A stretch of DNA of 64,000 nucleotides from Dehalococcoidia bacterium (GCA_963667205.1 OY762959.1:1875601-1939600), one strand, 5' to 3'. Shown: positions 9,860 through 19,501, counted from the stretch's first letter. Numbers and translations: made by a program. Notes: a model not told the origin generated them from the sequence alone.

Positions 9860-10738
9860 ATGCCAACCGCCGCGTTTGCCCTCGTCCTCGCCTCGGCGGT
9901 GATGCACGCCACCTGGAACTTCCTGCTCAAGCGCAGTGGCAACAAGCAGGCCTTCTTCTGGGGGATGAGCGCCCTCAGCCTGCTCTTCATGGCCGGCCCC
10001 GCAGTCGCTTTCGCGATCATCGACGGCTTCAGCTGGTCGGCGCTCGCGCTGGGCTGCGGCACGGCCTCGATCCATGGCGTCTGCGCTTACACGCTCACCC
10101 GCAGCTACCAGCTCGGTGACCTGTCGACCGTCTACCCGATCGCCCGCGGGATGGGCCCGGCGCTGGTCCCGCTCCTCGCGGTACTGCTCTTCAGCGAGCA
10201 CGTTTCGTTGTACGCCGGCGTGGGCATCGCGTTCGTCGTAGTCGGCATCTACGCGACTCACATCGACCGTCGCTTCCTGCGCGACCTTTCGCACCCGCTG
10301 CGCGCTCTGGCGACACCGTCAGCGGCCGTCGCGATCCTCACAGGGTTCGTCATCGCCTCGTACACGCTGTGGGACAAGAACGCCATCGACCAGGACGTGC
10401 ACCCGTTGACGGTCAGCGGCTTCGCCATGGCCGGGAACTTCATCTTCTTCGCGCCGTTCGCGCTCCTCCGCATCGGCACGGCAACGGTGGCGAAGGAGTG
10501 GCGCGAGCAAAAGGGCAGCATCCTCCTCTCGGGGATTTTGGCGCCGCTTGGCTACACTCTCGTGCTGATCGCGCTGACGACGAGCCGTGTCAGCTACGTC
10601 GCGCCCGCCCGTGAAGTCGGCATCGTGCTCGGCGCGGCGCTGGGTGTGCTCGTGCTGGGCGAGGGGTTCGGCACGACGCGTATCTGGGGCGCGGCGTTGA
10701 TCGTCGTTGGCTGCGTCACACTTGGCGTCGCGCCGTGA
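9860..10738 (+). CDS. EamA/DMT-family transporter
   Basis: Multiple hydrophobic segments; HATWN, GDLSTVYPIARG, YVAPARE. Confidence 0.9.
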   Translation: MPTAAFALVLASAVMHATWNFLLKRSGNKQAFFWGMSALSLLFMAGPAVAFAIIDGFSWSALALGCGTASIHGVCAYTLTRSYQLGDLSTVYPIARGMGPALVPLLAVLLFSEHVSLYAGVGIAFVVVGIYATHIDRRFLRDLSHPLRALATPSAAVAILTGFVIASYTLWDKNAIDQDVHPLTVSGFAMAGNFIFFAPFALLRIGTATVAKEWREQKGSILLSGILAPLGYTLVLIALTTSRVSYVAPAREVGIVLGAALGVLVLGEGFGTTRIWGAALIVVGCVTLGVAP

Positions 10739-10814
10739 CCCGGTTTCGCGATAGGATTGGAGCGACACCTCTGCGGACGGGCGTAACGCCTCGTACCGAC
10801 GAAAGGACGAGAGC

Positions 10815-11861
10815 TTGAAGCGCATACAGGACGGCATCTACCAGATCATCAGCCCCTTCCCTGAGTACGAGCGCGAGGAAGCCTATCGGCTGCGCGACGA
10901 CATGGAGGCGCACCCCAGGGTGACCAAGGGGCTGCCCTACGTCATGCCTTACGCGATCACCAGCCGGGGGGAGACGCTCCTCGTCGACTGCGGCTGGGGG
11001 ACCGACGATTCGTACGACGCTCTATCGGAGCAGCTCCACGAGCTTGGTCTTGGCATCGACGACATCACGAAGCTGGTGCTCACGCACGCCCATCCTGACC
11101 ACTGCGGCCTGGCCGGACGCCTGCACGATGAGGCGAAATGCAAGGTCTATATGCACGAGATCGAGATCGGCTTCCTGCGCTCGCGCTACACGGCGCCGGA
11201 GGAGATCCTTGATAAGATGAGCGTCTGGCTGAAGCAGCACGGCGTCGAGAAGGAGGACGTCGAGGACCTGGAGCGCGGGTCGATGCCCGCGCGCTTCTTC
11301 GTCGCCACGGTGACGCCGGACAACCCGGTAAAGGGCGGCGAGACGATCGACGTCGGCGACTTCACGTTCGAGGTGATCTGGACGCCGGGACACTCGCCCG
11401 GCCACGTCTGCCTCTACGAGCCGAATCACCGCCTGATGATCAGCGGCGACCACGTCCTGCCGATGATCTCGCCCAACGTCAGCCTCCATCCGCACCAGCG
11501 CGAGAACCCGCTGCAGGACTACATCGACAGCCTGGAGAAGATCGCCGATATGAAGGTCGACCGTGTGCTGCCTGCGCACGAGTGGGACATCGACTGGTTC
11601 AAGAAGCGGGTCACGGAGCTGCTGAGCCACCACGAGTTGCGGCTCGAAGAGATGGTTGCAGCTGTCGGCGTTGAGGGCGAGGCGACGGCCGCCGACGTGG
11701 CGCGGCTTATCCGCTGGAACACCGGCTCCTTCGATTCGTTCGCCGCCTGGATGAAGCGCGCGGCCATCGGCGAGACGCTGGCCCACCTGCGCTTCCTCGC
11801 CGGCAAGGACCGCCTTCGCCAGTACGAGCGCGACGGCGTCACCTACTTCGCGAACTCTTAG
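10815..11861 (+). CDS. MBL-fold metallo-hydrolase
   Basis: THAHPDHCG, TPGHSPGH, SGDH, PAHE. Confidence 0.9.
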   Translation: MKRIQDGIYQIISPFPEYEREEAYRLRDDMEAHPRVTKGLPYVMPYAITSRGETLLVDCGWGTDDSYDALSEQLHELGLGIDDITKLVLTHAHPDHCGLAGRLHDEAKCKVYMHEIEIGFLRSRYTAPEEILDKMSVWLKQHGVEKEDVEDLERGSMPARFFVATVTPDNPVKGGETIDVGDFTFEVIWTPGHSPGHVCLYEPNHRLMISGDHVLPMISPNVSLHPHQRENPLQDYIDSLEKIADMKVDRVLPAHEWDIDWFKKRVTELLSHHELRLEEMVAAVGVEGEATAADVARLIRWNTGSFDSFAAWMKRAAIGETLAHLRFLAGKDRLRQYERDGVTYFANS

Positions 11862-11907
11862 GCGCCGGATAGCCTCTGCTAAACTGCGGCACACGGGAGG
11901 ATACGAC

Positions 11908-12777
11908 ATGGCAAAGACAGCACTGGTACTGGGCGGCGGCGGAATGCTCGGCGTCTCATGGGCTACCGGGATGATCGCCGGGTTGCGCGACGCAGGCTCT
12001 GACGTGACCGGCGCGGACCGCATCGTCGGCACCTCCGCCGGCGCGATCGTCGCCTCGCAGATCGCCCAGGCGTTGCCCCTCGACGAGATGATCGCCTGGC
12101 ATCATGCGCCTCGCCCGGAGGACGCGCTCGAGCTGAACATGGAGATCGACCTGCAGAGCACGATGGCGATCTTCGCCAAGTGGGCCGCCTTCACCGAGAT
12201 GACCCCCGAAGACTGCGCCGAGATCGGCGCGATGGCGTTGGCCTCGAAGACGGTCGATGAGGACCGCTTCATCGAGTCGTTTGAGGGCTTTATCGGACCC
12301 GACTGGCCCGACCGCGACGTCGTCCTGACGGCTGTCGACGCCGAGAGCGGCGCCTTCCAGACGTGGACGCCGGACTCCGGCGTCGCGCTCCACAGGGCGA
12401 TCGCCTCCAGCTGCGCGGTGCCCGGCCTCTTCCTGCCCGTCAAGATCGACGGGCGACGCTACCAGGACGGTGGCGTTCGCTCGACCACGAACGCAGACCT
12501 GGCGGCCGGCGCCGACTCCATCCTCATCGTGGCGCCGATCGGTGCGCGCCCGGACGGCATCGACCCGCTGTCCAATCGGCTGGCGACCGCCGAGGCGGAG
12601 GCGCTGCGAGCGGCCGGCGCCAGTGTCGAGTTGGCGTTCCCGGACGAAGGCTCACCGGAAGCGATGGGCATCAACCGCATGGACTCCTCGCGGCGCGGCC
12701 TCTGCGTGGACGCGGGACGCGAGCAGGGACGCTCGCTGGCCGGACGCATCGCGACCTTGGCCGAAGCCACCGCCTGA
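11908..12777 (+). CDS. Patatin-like phospholipase
   Basis: LGGGG, GTSAG, DGG. Confidence 0.9.
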   Translation: MAKTALVLGGGGMLGVSWATGMIAGLRDAGSDVTGADRIVGTSAGAIVASQIAQALPLDEMIAWHHAPRPEDALELNMEIDLQSTMAIFAKWAAFTEMTPEDCAEIGAMALASKTVDEDRFIESFEGFIGPDWPDRDVVLTAVDAESGAFQTWTPDSGVALHRAIASSCAVPGLFLPVKIDGRRYQDGGVRSTTNADLAAGADSILIVAPIGARPDGIDPLSNRLATAEAEALRAAGASVELAFPDEGSPEAMGINRMDSSRRGLCVDAGREQGRSLAGRIATLAEATA

Positions 12778-12785
12778 GCGACGAC

Positions 12786-13412
12786 GTGTTACCCGTCGAT
12801 CACCTCGTGTACGCCGCGCCCGGTCTGGACGCCGGCATCGAGGCGATGGCAGAGCGGCTCGGTGTTACCGCTGCCTACGGCGGGAAGCACACGGGCATCG
12901 GCACGCACAACGCGCTCCTCTCGCTCGGGCGCAACGTCTACCTCGAGATCATCGCTCCCGACCCCGATCAGCCGCCACCGAGCGAGCCGCGGTCGTTCGG
13001 CCTCGATGAGCTGCGCGAACCCGGCCTTGCCGCCTGGGCGCTGGCCGTCACCGACATCGAATCGCGAGCGGCCGCGGCGCGGGACGCCGGCTACGATCCG
13101 GGGCCCGTAATCCCGATGACGCGTGCGTTCCCCGACGGCGGCGAGCTTAGCTGGCGCCTGACCCTCCGCCGCCCGCCCGCCGGCGACGGTCTCGTCCCGT
13201 TCCTCATCCAGTGGGATCCCGGCGGGCCTCACCCGTCCGCCTCGGCCCCCGGCGGCTGCACGTTGACCGACTTGTCGGCAGAGCACCCGCGCCCGGCCGA
13301 GATCGAGCCGATGCTCTCGGCGCTGGGCGTCGCCGTGCCGCTCGCGGAGGCGCCCCGCCCGGCCCTCATCGCAACGATCGAGGGCCCGGCGGGAACGGTC
13401 GTCCTGACGTAG
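12786..13412 (+). CDS. VOC/glyoxalase-like protein
   Basis: [34 protein letters not shown]. Confidence 0.88.
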   Translation: MLPVDHLVYAAPGLDAGIEAMAERLGVTAAYGGKHTGIGTHNALLSLGRNVYLEIIAPDPDQPPPSEPRSFGLDELREPGLAAWALAVTDIESRAAAARDAGYDPGPVIPMTRAFPDGGELSWRLTLRRPPAGDGLVPFLIQWDPGGPHPSASAPGGCTLTDLSAEHPRPAEIEPMLSALGVAVPLAEAPRPALIATIEGPAGTVVLT

Positions 13413-13417
13413 GACTG

Positions 13418-13657
13418 CTAGTCGCGGAAAGTAGTGGTTCCGCGGTGCGCCGTCGTATTTTCCGCTGGGCAGGCAGCAGCGCTTGAAAGCGGCGTCCTGA
13501 TCCGCAGGGACATAGGTCGTTCCGCCCGAGTTTCTCGCTCAGTTCCTTGTCGCCGTGTACCTCGCGGAATCCACGCTTGACTCTGCTCTCCGATGGGAAG
13601 CCCTTGCGGCGCTTGCTTGTGATCTCAAAATGAGTAGTCCTTGTATTCGTGCGTCAC
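13418..13657 (-). CDS. SEC-C zinc-finger protein (about 78 aa) split by three +1 frame breaks at UUU codons
   Basis: RBS AAGGAGGT then GTG; [10 protein letters not shown] | [47 protein letters not shown] | [19 protein letters not shown] | RD*; the SEC-C motif is complete only after the second shift. Confidence 0.8.
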
Positions 13658-13673
13658 GACGCACCTCCTTGTC

Positions 13674-14733
13674 TTAGCGACCACGCGCCTTCATCCGGGC
13701 GCGGTTGGTCTTGGCGATCTGCTTCCACTTCCTCTGCTCTTCAACGCGCAGCCGCTCGTCCTTTTTGCCGGCGATGAACGTTTGCTCTCTCCGCAGCTTG
13801 CGGTAGCTCTCCAGCCGCCGCCAGTCGAGCGTCCCCGCGTCGATCGCTGCCTGGACGGCGCAGTTCGGCTCCGAGCCGTGGCTGCAGTCGCGGAAGCCGC
13901 AGCCTTCCGCCAGCTCATCGACCTCCGCGAACGCCTGGCCCAGGCCTTCGCCGGCGTCCCACAGCTGCAGCTCGCGCAGCCCGGGCGTGTCGATGATCAC
14001 GGCCCCGCCGGGCAGGACGAGCATCTGCCGCACTGTCGTCGTGTGGCGGCCCTTATCGTCGGCGCGGACGCCCTTGACGTCCTGCTCCTCGCGTTCCAGC
14101 AGGCGGTTGATGATGCTCGTCTTTCCGACTCCGGACGAGCCGACGAAGACGGCTGTCTTCCCGCACGCCAGCGTCGACCGCAGCGCTTCGAGGCCTTCGC
14201 CGGAGGCGGCGCTCGTCGCGAAGACGCTGACGCCGGGCGCTATCGCTTCGACGTCGCGGAGGATCTGCCGGCGGTCGTCGCAGAGGTCGGCCTTGTTGAG
14301 GACGATGGCAGGCGTCGCGCCGCTCTCCCAGATCACCGCCAGATAGCGCTCCAGCCGTCGCAGGTTCAGCTCGCGGTTGAGCGAGGCGACGACGTAGACG
14401 AGGTCGACGTTGGCCGCCATGATCTGCTCGCCGGTGCGCTCGCCGGCGACCTTCCGGGAGAGCGTCGAGCGCCGCTGCAGCAGGCGCTCGCCGACGGCGC
14501 GGGACTCGCCAGGCAGGCGTCTCGCCAGCACCCAGTCACCAAACCGCCGGCAGGTCCGCGCGCCCTTCGGCTTCGTGCAGCATGCGCCCCGGTATGACGG
14601 CCTCGAAGGCGCCCGCGGCAGACCAGAGCACGTATGCGCCGCGTTGCTCTTCGGCGACGCGCATCGGCGTCAGGGTTTCGTCGGACTGTTGGTCGAAGAA
14701 CTGGCCCCAGCCAAGGTCTTCAAGTGAATACAA
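13674..14733 (-). CDS. rsgA: Small-subunit ribosome biogenesis GTPase RsgA with one +1 frame break
   Basis: NKAD, GSSGVGKT, GRHTTT, DTPG and C-terminal CGFRDCSHGSEPNC; the N-terminal part LEDLGW...LPAV joins GDWV only after an extra T at 14541-14543; RBS AAGGAG then TTG. Confidence 0.9.
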
Positions 14734-14822
14734 CGGATCGCTCCTTGTGTTTCGATGGTGATGATGCGTGCGTGCGCGCACGGTCGGATGGAGCGGGCCC
14801 GGACAGTGGTCGGAAGCAGGGG

Positions 14823-14888
14823 TCAGGCCGAGCGGCCGGTGACCGGAAGGATGGGCCCGCCGCGCGCGGCAACGAATGTGTATCTCAT
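14823..14888 (-). promoter_or_regulatory. Putative leader peptide MRYTFVAARGGPILPVTGRSA (attenuator) upstream of rsgA
   Basis: RBS AAAGGAGG; 21 codons; hairpin over the stop; GCGGGCCC (14860-14853) is complementary to GGGCCCGC (14800-14793). Confidence 0.6.
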
Positions 14889-14923
14889 ATTGTAAGGGCC
14901 CTCCTTTCGCGTTCTCGTGCCCG

Positions 14924-14952
14924 AGACTAACCGCCGCCGGCGACGCTGTCAA
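14924..14952 (-). promoter_or_regulatory. Sigma70-type promoter of the leader-rsgA-SEC-C operon
   Basis: TTGACA-N17-TAGTCT. Confidence 0.75.
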
Positions 14953-15012
14953 CGTGAAGCGCTGTCACGAACCCCTGTTCACTGTTCACGGGCCACTCCA
15001 TATACTGGCCGC

Positions 15013-15759
15013 ATGCGCGTTCTCGTCGTCTCCGATATCCACGCCAACCTCGCCGCGCTCGACGCCGTCATTCGCGACGCTCGAACGGGTGGCGCGATCG
15101 ACGCCATCTGGAGTCTGGGCGACTGTGTTGGTTACGGGCCGCAGCCGGGCGAGTGCCTCTCGCGCCTGAGAGACGAGGGCGCCGCCTGCGTGGCGGGCAA
15201 CCACGAGCGGGCGGCGACCGGCGCGATCAGCGTCGACGACTTCAACGCAGACGCCCGCACGGCGGCGCTCTGGACCGCGGACCGCCTCGCTGCGGACGAG
15301 AAGGCCTCGCTCGATTCGATGCCGGAGACGCGAGTCGAGGCGGAGCAGTTCTCGCTCGTACACGGGACTCTGCGCTTGCCGATCTGGGAGTACCTTTACT
15401 CGGTTGAGGCCGGAGCTGCGCATCTGGCGTTGCAGGAGACGCCGTTCGGCTTCTGCGGCCACACGCACGTGCCGGCGATCGCCACGCTGGATGAGGCCGC
15501 TCCCGGAGGCTGCGATTTCCGCCGCCTCGCCGACGGACAGTCTGTCCCGCTCGATCCGGCGACTAAGGCTGTGATCAACCCGGGCAGCGTGGGCCAGCCG
15601 CGCGACGGCGATCCGCGCGCCTCATACGCGATCTACGACTCGCAGTCGCAGGACGTCACCCTGCAGCGCGTTGAGTACGAGATCGGGAGCACGCAGAAGC
15701 TGATGGAAGAAGCGGACCTGCCGCGCTGGCTGATCGAGCGCCTGTCAGAGGGCCGCTAG
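15013..15759 (+). CDS. Metallophosphoesterase (calcineurin-like)
   Basis: SDIHAN, LGDCVGYG, GNHE, GHTH, NPGSVGQPRDGDPRA. Confidence 0.92.
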   Translation: MRVLVVSDIHANLAALDAVIRDARTGGAIDAIWSLGDCVGYGPQPGECLSRLRDEGAACVAGNHERAATGAISVDDFNADARTAALWTADRLAADEKASLDSMPETRVEAEQFSLVHGTLRLPIWEYLYSVEAGAAHLALQETPFGFCGHTHVPAIATLDEAAPGGCDFRRLADGQSVPLDPATKAVINPGSVGQPRDGDPRASYAIYDSQSQDVTLQRVEYEIGSTQKLMEEADLPRWLIERLSEGR

Positions 15760-16823
15760 CCCAGGTGCGATTCGAACCAGCGCCTGTAGTCAGGCCAGTC
15801 GGGAAGCTCGCTACCGTCAGGCGCGGCGTAGATTAGCGCTCCGATGGCCGCGAACGCCTCGATCGGATTCGGCGCGAACGGCTGGAGCGTCTCGCCTGTC
15901 ACGCTGAGGTAGGTCAGGTCGTCTCCGTCGTAGCGGAACATCGCTGCGATCTCGTCCCAGGAGCCTTGCGCCCGGCTCTGCAGCTCTTCATCGGAGACGA
16001 TCTGCACCCAGCCGGTCGCGGCAATGAAGGAGCGCATCTCCGGCGTCAGCAGCGCGTGCCCGTAGCTCCCGGCGGGGGCCTCGCGCATCTGGTGGACGTG
16101 CAGCAGCTCGTGGGCGATCGTCAGGCGGTCTGCGCCGGTCTGAAGGACGACCTGGCTAGCGACGCTGCGGACGCTGCCGTCCCAGTCCTCGGTGGCGTAG
16201 AAGTTGGCGGCGCCTTCGCCGTAGGGTTGCCATCCGGCGAGGGTGCGCCCGTCCTCGTTCGAGAGCACCGAGAGCGAGCCGTGCGGGCTGCCGGTCGCGG
16301 ACGAGACGACGTCAGCGGGTAGCGACGCCAGCGCGGCGGCCAGCGAGCCGAGGTTACGCAGCTGCGCCTCCTTGGTCGGGCCCCAGTCCTGTCCGGCGAT
16401 GACGACGCGGACTCCCCAGTCCGTCTCGATCCCTGTGAGCAGCGCGAACGCGGCGGGCGAGAGCGCGGCATCGGGCGCGGGAGTGTAGAGGTGCGGAGTC
16501 GCCGACCAGGCATCGACGAGCGTCGGTGCGGCGGAGGCGGCAGGCACGAGGGTCGGCGTGGGCGGCTGAGTGGCTGCGACGGCGGCGGTCGCTGTCGGTG
16601 CAGCGATCGACGTAGCCGCGAGGGTGGCCTCTGGGGCCGCCGTTGCCGGTGTGGCGATCTCTGCGGCGACGGTGGGGGCGGCGTAGCTGTACGGCGCCTG
16701 TCCCGAGTCGCCAGGGGAGCTGAGGGCAACCCCTGTGGCGATGACTCCGCTCAGGACAGCGACAGCTGAGACCGCGGCCAGCAGGCCCCTCGTTCGCTTC
16801 CACCCTCCCAGATGGCTCGTCAT
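15756..16823 (-). CDS. Secreted protein with Pro/Thr/Ala linker and HExxH, putative zinc metallopeptidase
   Basis: Signal/TM segment, low-complexity PAT linker, AHELLH and downstream NPIEAFA. Confidence 0.65.
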   Translation of the reverse strand: MTSHLGGWKRTRGLLAAVSAVAVLSGVIATGVALSSPGDSGQAPYSYAAPTVAAEIATPATAAPEATLAATSIAAPTATAAVAATQPPTPTLVPAASAAPTLVDAWSATPHLYTPAPDAALSPAAFALLTGIETDWGVRVVIAGQDWGPTKEAQLRNLGSLAAALASLPADVVSSATGSPHGSLSVLSNEDGRTLAGWQPYGEGAANFYATEDWDGSVRSVASQVVLQTGADRLTIAHELLHVHQMREAPAGSYGHALLTPEMRSFIAATGWVQIVSDEELQSRAQGSWDEIAAMFRYDGDDLTYLSVTGETLQPFAPNPIEAFAAIGALIYAAPDGSELPDWPDYRRWFESHLG

Positions 16824-17024
16824 ACGGCCGTTCCGGCCGCCGCGGTCTCCGTACAGTCCCGGTCCCTCCCATCCTGGGCTCGTCCCAGGTGCGCCGAGGA
16901 CGCTGGTCCTCGTGTCTGAGACTCAGGTTAAGGAATGGTTTAGGCGGGTACAGTTAACGGCTGGTGAAGATCGGTCACGGCTTGGGGAACATCGCGTCCG
17001 GGTGTGTCTTATAATCCGCCTCAC

Positions 17025-18095
17025 ATGACTGACTCCGTCAACGTCACCATCGCCATGCCGCTGGATGCAGCGCTCGTGGAACTCGTGAGCAGCGCCTCGC
17101 CGCGGGTTTCGCTGACGCACCTGTCGCGGGCGCAACGGTTCGTCTACCGGGATGGACGCCCGATCTGGGGCGGCTATCAGGAGACGCTGGCGCCGGAAGA
17201 CGAGAGCGAAGACGAAGCACGCCAGGCGCTGAACGCGACACTCGGAGCGACCGAGGTGCTTCTGTCCAACCAGGTGCTCCCCGACGACATCGTCGCCCGC
17301 GCGAGGGCGCTCAAGTGGCTCCAGCTCACCAGCGCCGGCGTCGATTCGCTAGCCGACCACCAGGTCGTGCGCGCGGCGGGCGTGACCGTAACGACGGCCA
17401 GCGGCATCCACGCGGCGACGATCAGCGAGTACGTCGTCGGCGCGATGATCAGCTTCGCCAAGAACTTCACGAAGTCGCTCCGCTCGCAGGACGAACGCAC
17501 CTGGCAGCCGTACTGGCCGCTGGAGCTGGAGGACGCCACGGTCGGCATCATCGGTCTCGGGGCGATCGGCGGCCGCACTGCCGAGGTCTGCCGCGCGATG
17601 CGGATGCGCGTCCTGGCGATGCGCCGATCGTGCGATCGGCGCATGAGCGGCGAGGAGGCCGGCCAGCCAGCGGTCAGCGAGATGTTCCCTCCGGCCGACC
17701 TGCACGCTCTGCTCGCAGAGTCCGACTACGTTGTGCTGGCGCTTCCGCTCACCGCCGAGACGGCCGGCGTAATCGGCGAGGCTGAGCTGGCGGTGATGAA
17801 GCCGAACGCAGTGATCGTGAACATCGCCCGTGGCCGCGTGATCGACCAGGACGCGCTGATCCAGGCGCTGCGGCAGGGGCGGATCGCCGGCGCTGCGCTC
17901 GACGTCACGACGCCGGAGCCGCTGCCATCAGACCACGAGCTGTGGGGCGTCCCCAACGTGATGATCACGCCGCACATCAGCGGCGGCACGCCCCGCTACA
18001 TGGAGCGCGCGATCGGCCTCTTCTGTGACAACCTCCGCCAGTATGCCGATGGCGAGCCGCTGCGCAACGTTGTCGACCCGTCGCGCGGCTACTAG
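17025..18095 (+). CDS. D-2-hydroxyacid dehydrogenase
   Basis: GLGAIG, VNIARG, LDV...EPLP, ITPHISG. Confidence 0.92.
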   Translation: MTDSVNVTIAMPLDAALVELVSSASPRVSLTHLSRAQRFVYRDGRPIWGGYQETLAPEDESEDEARQALNATLGATEVLLSNQVLPDDIVARARALKWLQLTSAGVDSLADHQVVRAAGVTVTTASGIHAATISEYVVGAMISFAKNFTKSLRSQDERTWQPYWPLELEDATVGIIGLGAIGGRTAEVCRAMRMRVLAMRRSCDRRMSGEEAGQPAVSEMFPPADLHALLAESDYVVLALPLTAETAGVIGEAELAVMKPNAVIVNIARGRVIDQDALIQALRQGRIAGAALDVTTPEPLPSDHELWGVPNVMITPHISGGTPRYMERAIGLFCDNLRQYADGEPLRNVVDPSRGY

Positions 18096-18103
18096 CGCCG
18101 ACT

Positions 18104-19501
18104 TTAAGCTTCGAGAAGGACGCGGCGCAGGTGGTCCAGCGGCACGTTGCCGCCGCTGACCATGATCGCGACCTTCTTCCCGCCGAGACGTTCCCGCAGC
18201 TGCACCGCTGCCGCCGTGGCGGCCGCACCTGCCTCTTCGGCGATCACGTGAGCGATGCGGGCCAGCATCAGCATCGCCTCGCGGATCTCTTGCTCGCTCA
18301 CGAGCACGAAGTCGTCGAGGCCGTCGATCAGCGTCCGCACTGCCGGATGGTAGGCGGCGCCTGTCGCCAGGCCCTCGGCGGCGGTGTCGATGCCGGACTC
18401 GCGCAGGGTGTGTGACTTCCACGACTCGTAGACGGCCGGTGCGCCGGCTGCCTGCACGCCGATCACCTCGACGCTCGGTCGCAGCTTCTTGGCGACGAGG
18501 CAGTGCGCTAGCGCGCCGCTGCCGCCGCCGATCGCCACGACGATCGCATCGACGTCCGGCAGGTCTTCGATGATCTCGATGCTCACCGTGGCGACGCCGG
18601 TCACGAGCCGTGGCGCGTTCGAGTGGTGGATGTACTGCAAGGCCTCGCGAGCAGCGTGCTCCTCTGCCCACTCGCGGGCTTCGTCGAAGTTGGCGCCGTG
18701 GAAGAGCACATCGGCGCCGAGCGCGCGCATCGAATCCACCTTCATCGGGTTCGCTTCCTCCGGCATGACGATGACGCACCTGATCCCGGCGAGCCTGGCG
18801 CCGTAGGCCAGCGACTGGCCATGGTTGCCGGTCGACGCACCGATGATCCCGCGCGAGCGCTCTTCGTCGGTCATGCTTGCTGACAGGTAGACGCCGCCGC
18901 GCACTTTGAAAGCGCCAATCGGCTGCAGGTTCTCCAGCTTGAGCCAGGCCTCGAAGCCCAGCTCGCGTGACATCGCCGGGTTGCGCACGAGCGGCGTGCG
19001 CTGGAGGTGCGGCTCCAGCAGGTGCTTCGCGCGGTAGACGTCGGCGAGCGTTGGCATCTGCTCGATGCGCCGGTCGTAGACCATGCCGACGGGGTTCTCC
19101 CTCAGCCCGGCGGCGCAGACGCGCTCCAGCTCGTCGACGAGCTCCTGCGGCAGGATCTCGGTGCGCAGGAAGCCCAACCGCTCGTAGTAGGCGGGCAAGT
19201 CCGTCGTGATGTAGACCTCGTCCTGCGGGAAGCGGCGGATGAGCTCGCGCGTGATCTGCTCGCCCAACCCCTGCGAGCGCTCTTCTTCGATCACGGCGAC
19301 GCTGCCGAGCTCGTACGTCTTCTCGTACGGCTTGACGCGGCCGAAGGCGATGATGCGCCCGTCGCGACGGAGTGTGATGAACTGCTCGGGCGCCAACCGC
19401 TCGCCGTCGAGCCTCAGGCGCTCGATCGTCTCGGCGATGAACGGCATGTCATCGTCGGTCGCCGGCGTAACGTCCAGTTCGGGCGCTGTTTTCGTCGTCA
19501 C
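18104..19501 (-). CDS. GNAT acetyltransferase fused to a PLP-dependent threonine/serine dehydratase
   Basis: N-terminal ELGSVAV...RSQGLG...YYERLGF; C-terminal KLENLQPIGAFKVRG, STGNHGQ, IGGGSG, SGGN. Confidence 0.85.
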   Translation of the reverse strand: MTTKTAPELDVTPATDDDMPFIAETIERLRLDGERLAPEQFITLRRDGRIIAFGRVKPYEKTYELGSVAVIEEERSQGLGEQITRELIRRFPQDEVYITTDLPAYYERLGFLRTEILPQELVDELERVCAAGLRENPVGMVYDRRIEQMPTLADVYRAKHLLEPHLQRTPLVRNPAMSRELGFEAWLKLENLQPIGAFKVRGGVYLSASMTDEERSRGIIGASTGNHGQSLAYGARLAGIRCVIVMPEEANPMKVDSMRALGADVLFHGANFDEAREWAEEHAAREALQYIHHSNAPRLVTGVATVSIEIIEDLPDVDAIVVAIGGGSGALAHCLVAKKLRPSVEVIGVQAAGAPAVYESWKSHTLRESGIDTAAEGLATGAAYHPAVRTLIDGLDDFVLVSEQEIREAMLMLARIAHVIAEEAGAAATAAAVQLRERLGGKKVAIMVSGGNVPLDHLRRVLLEA

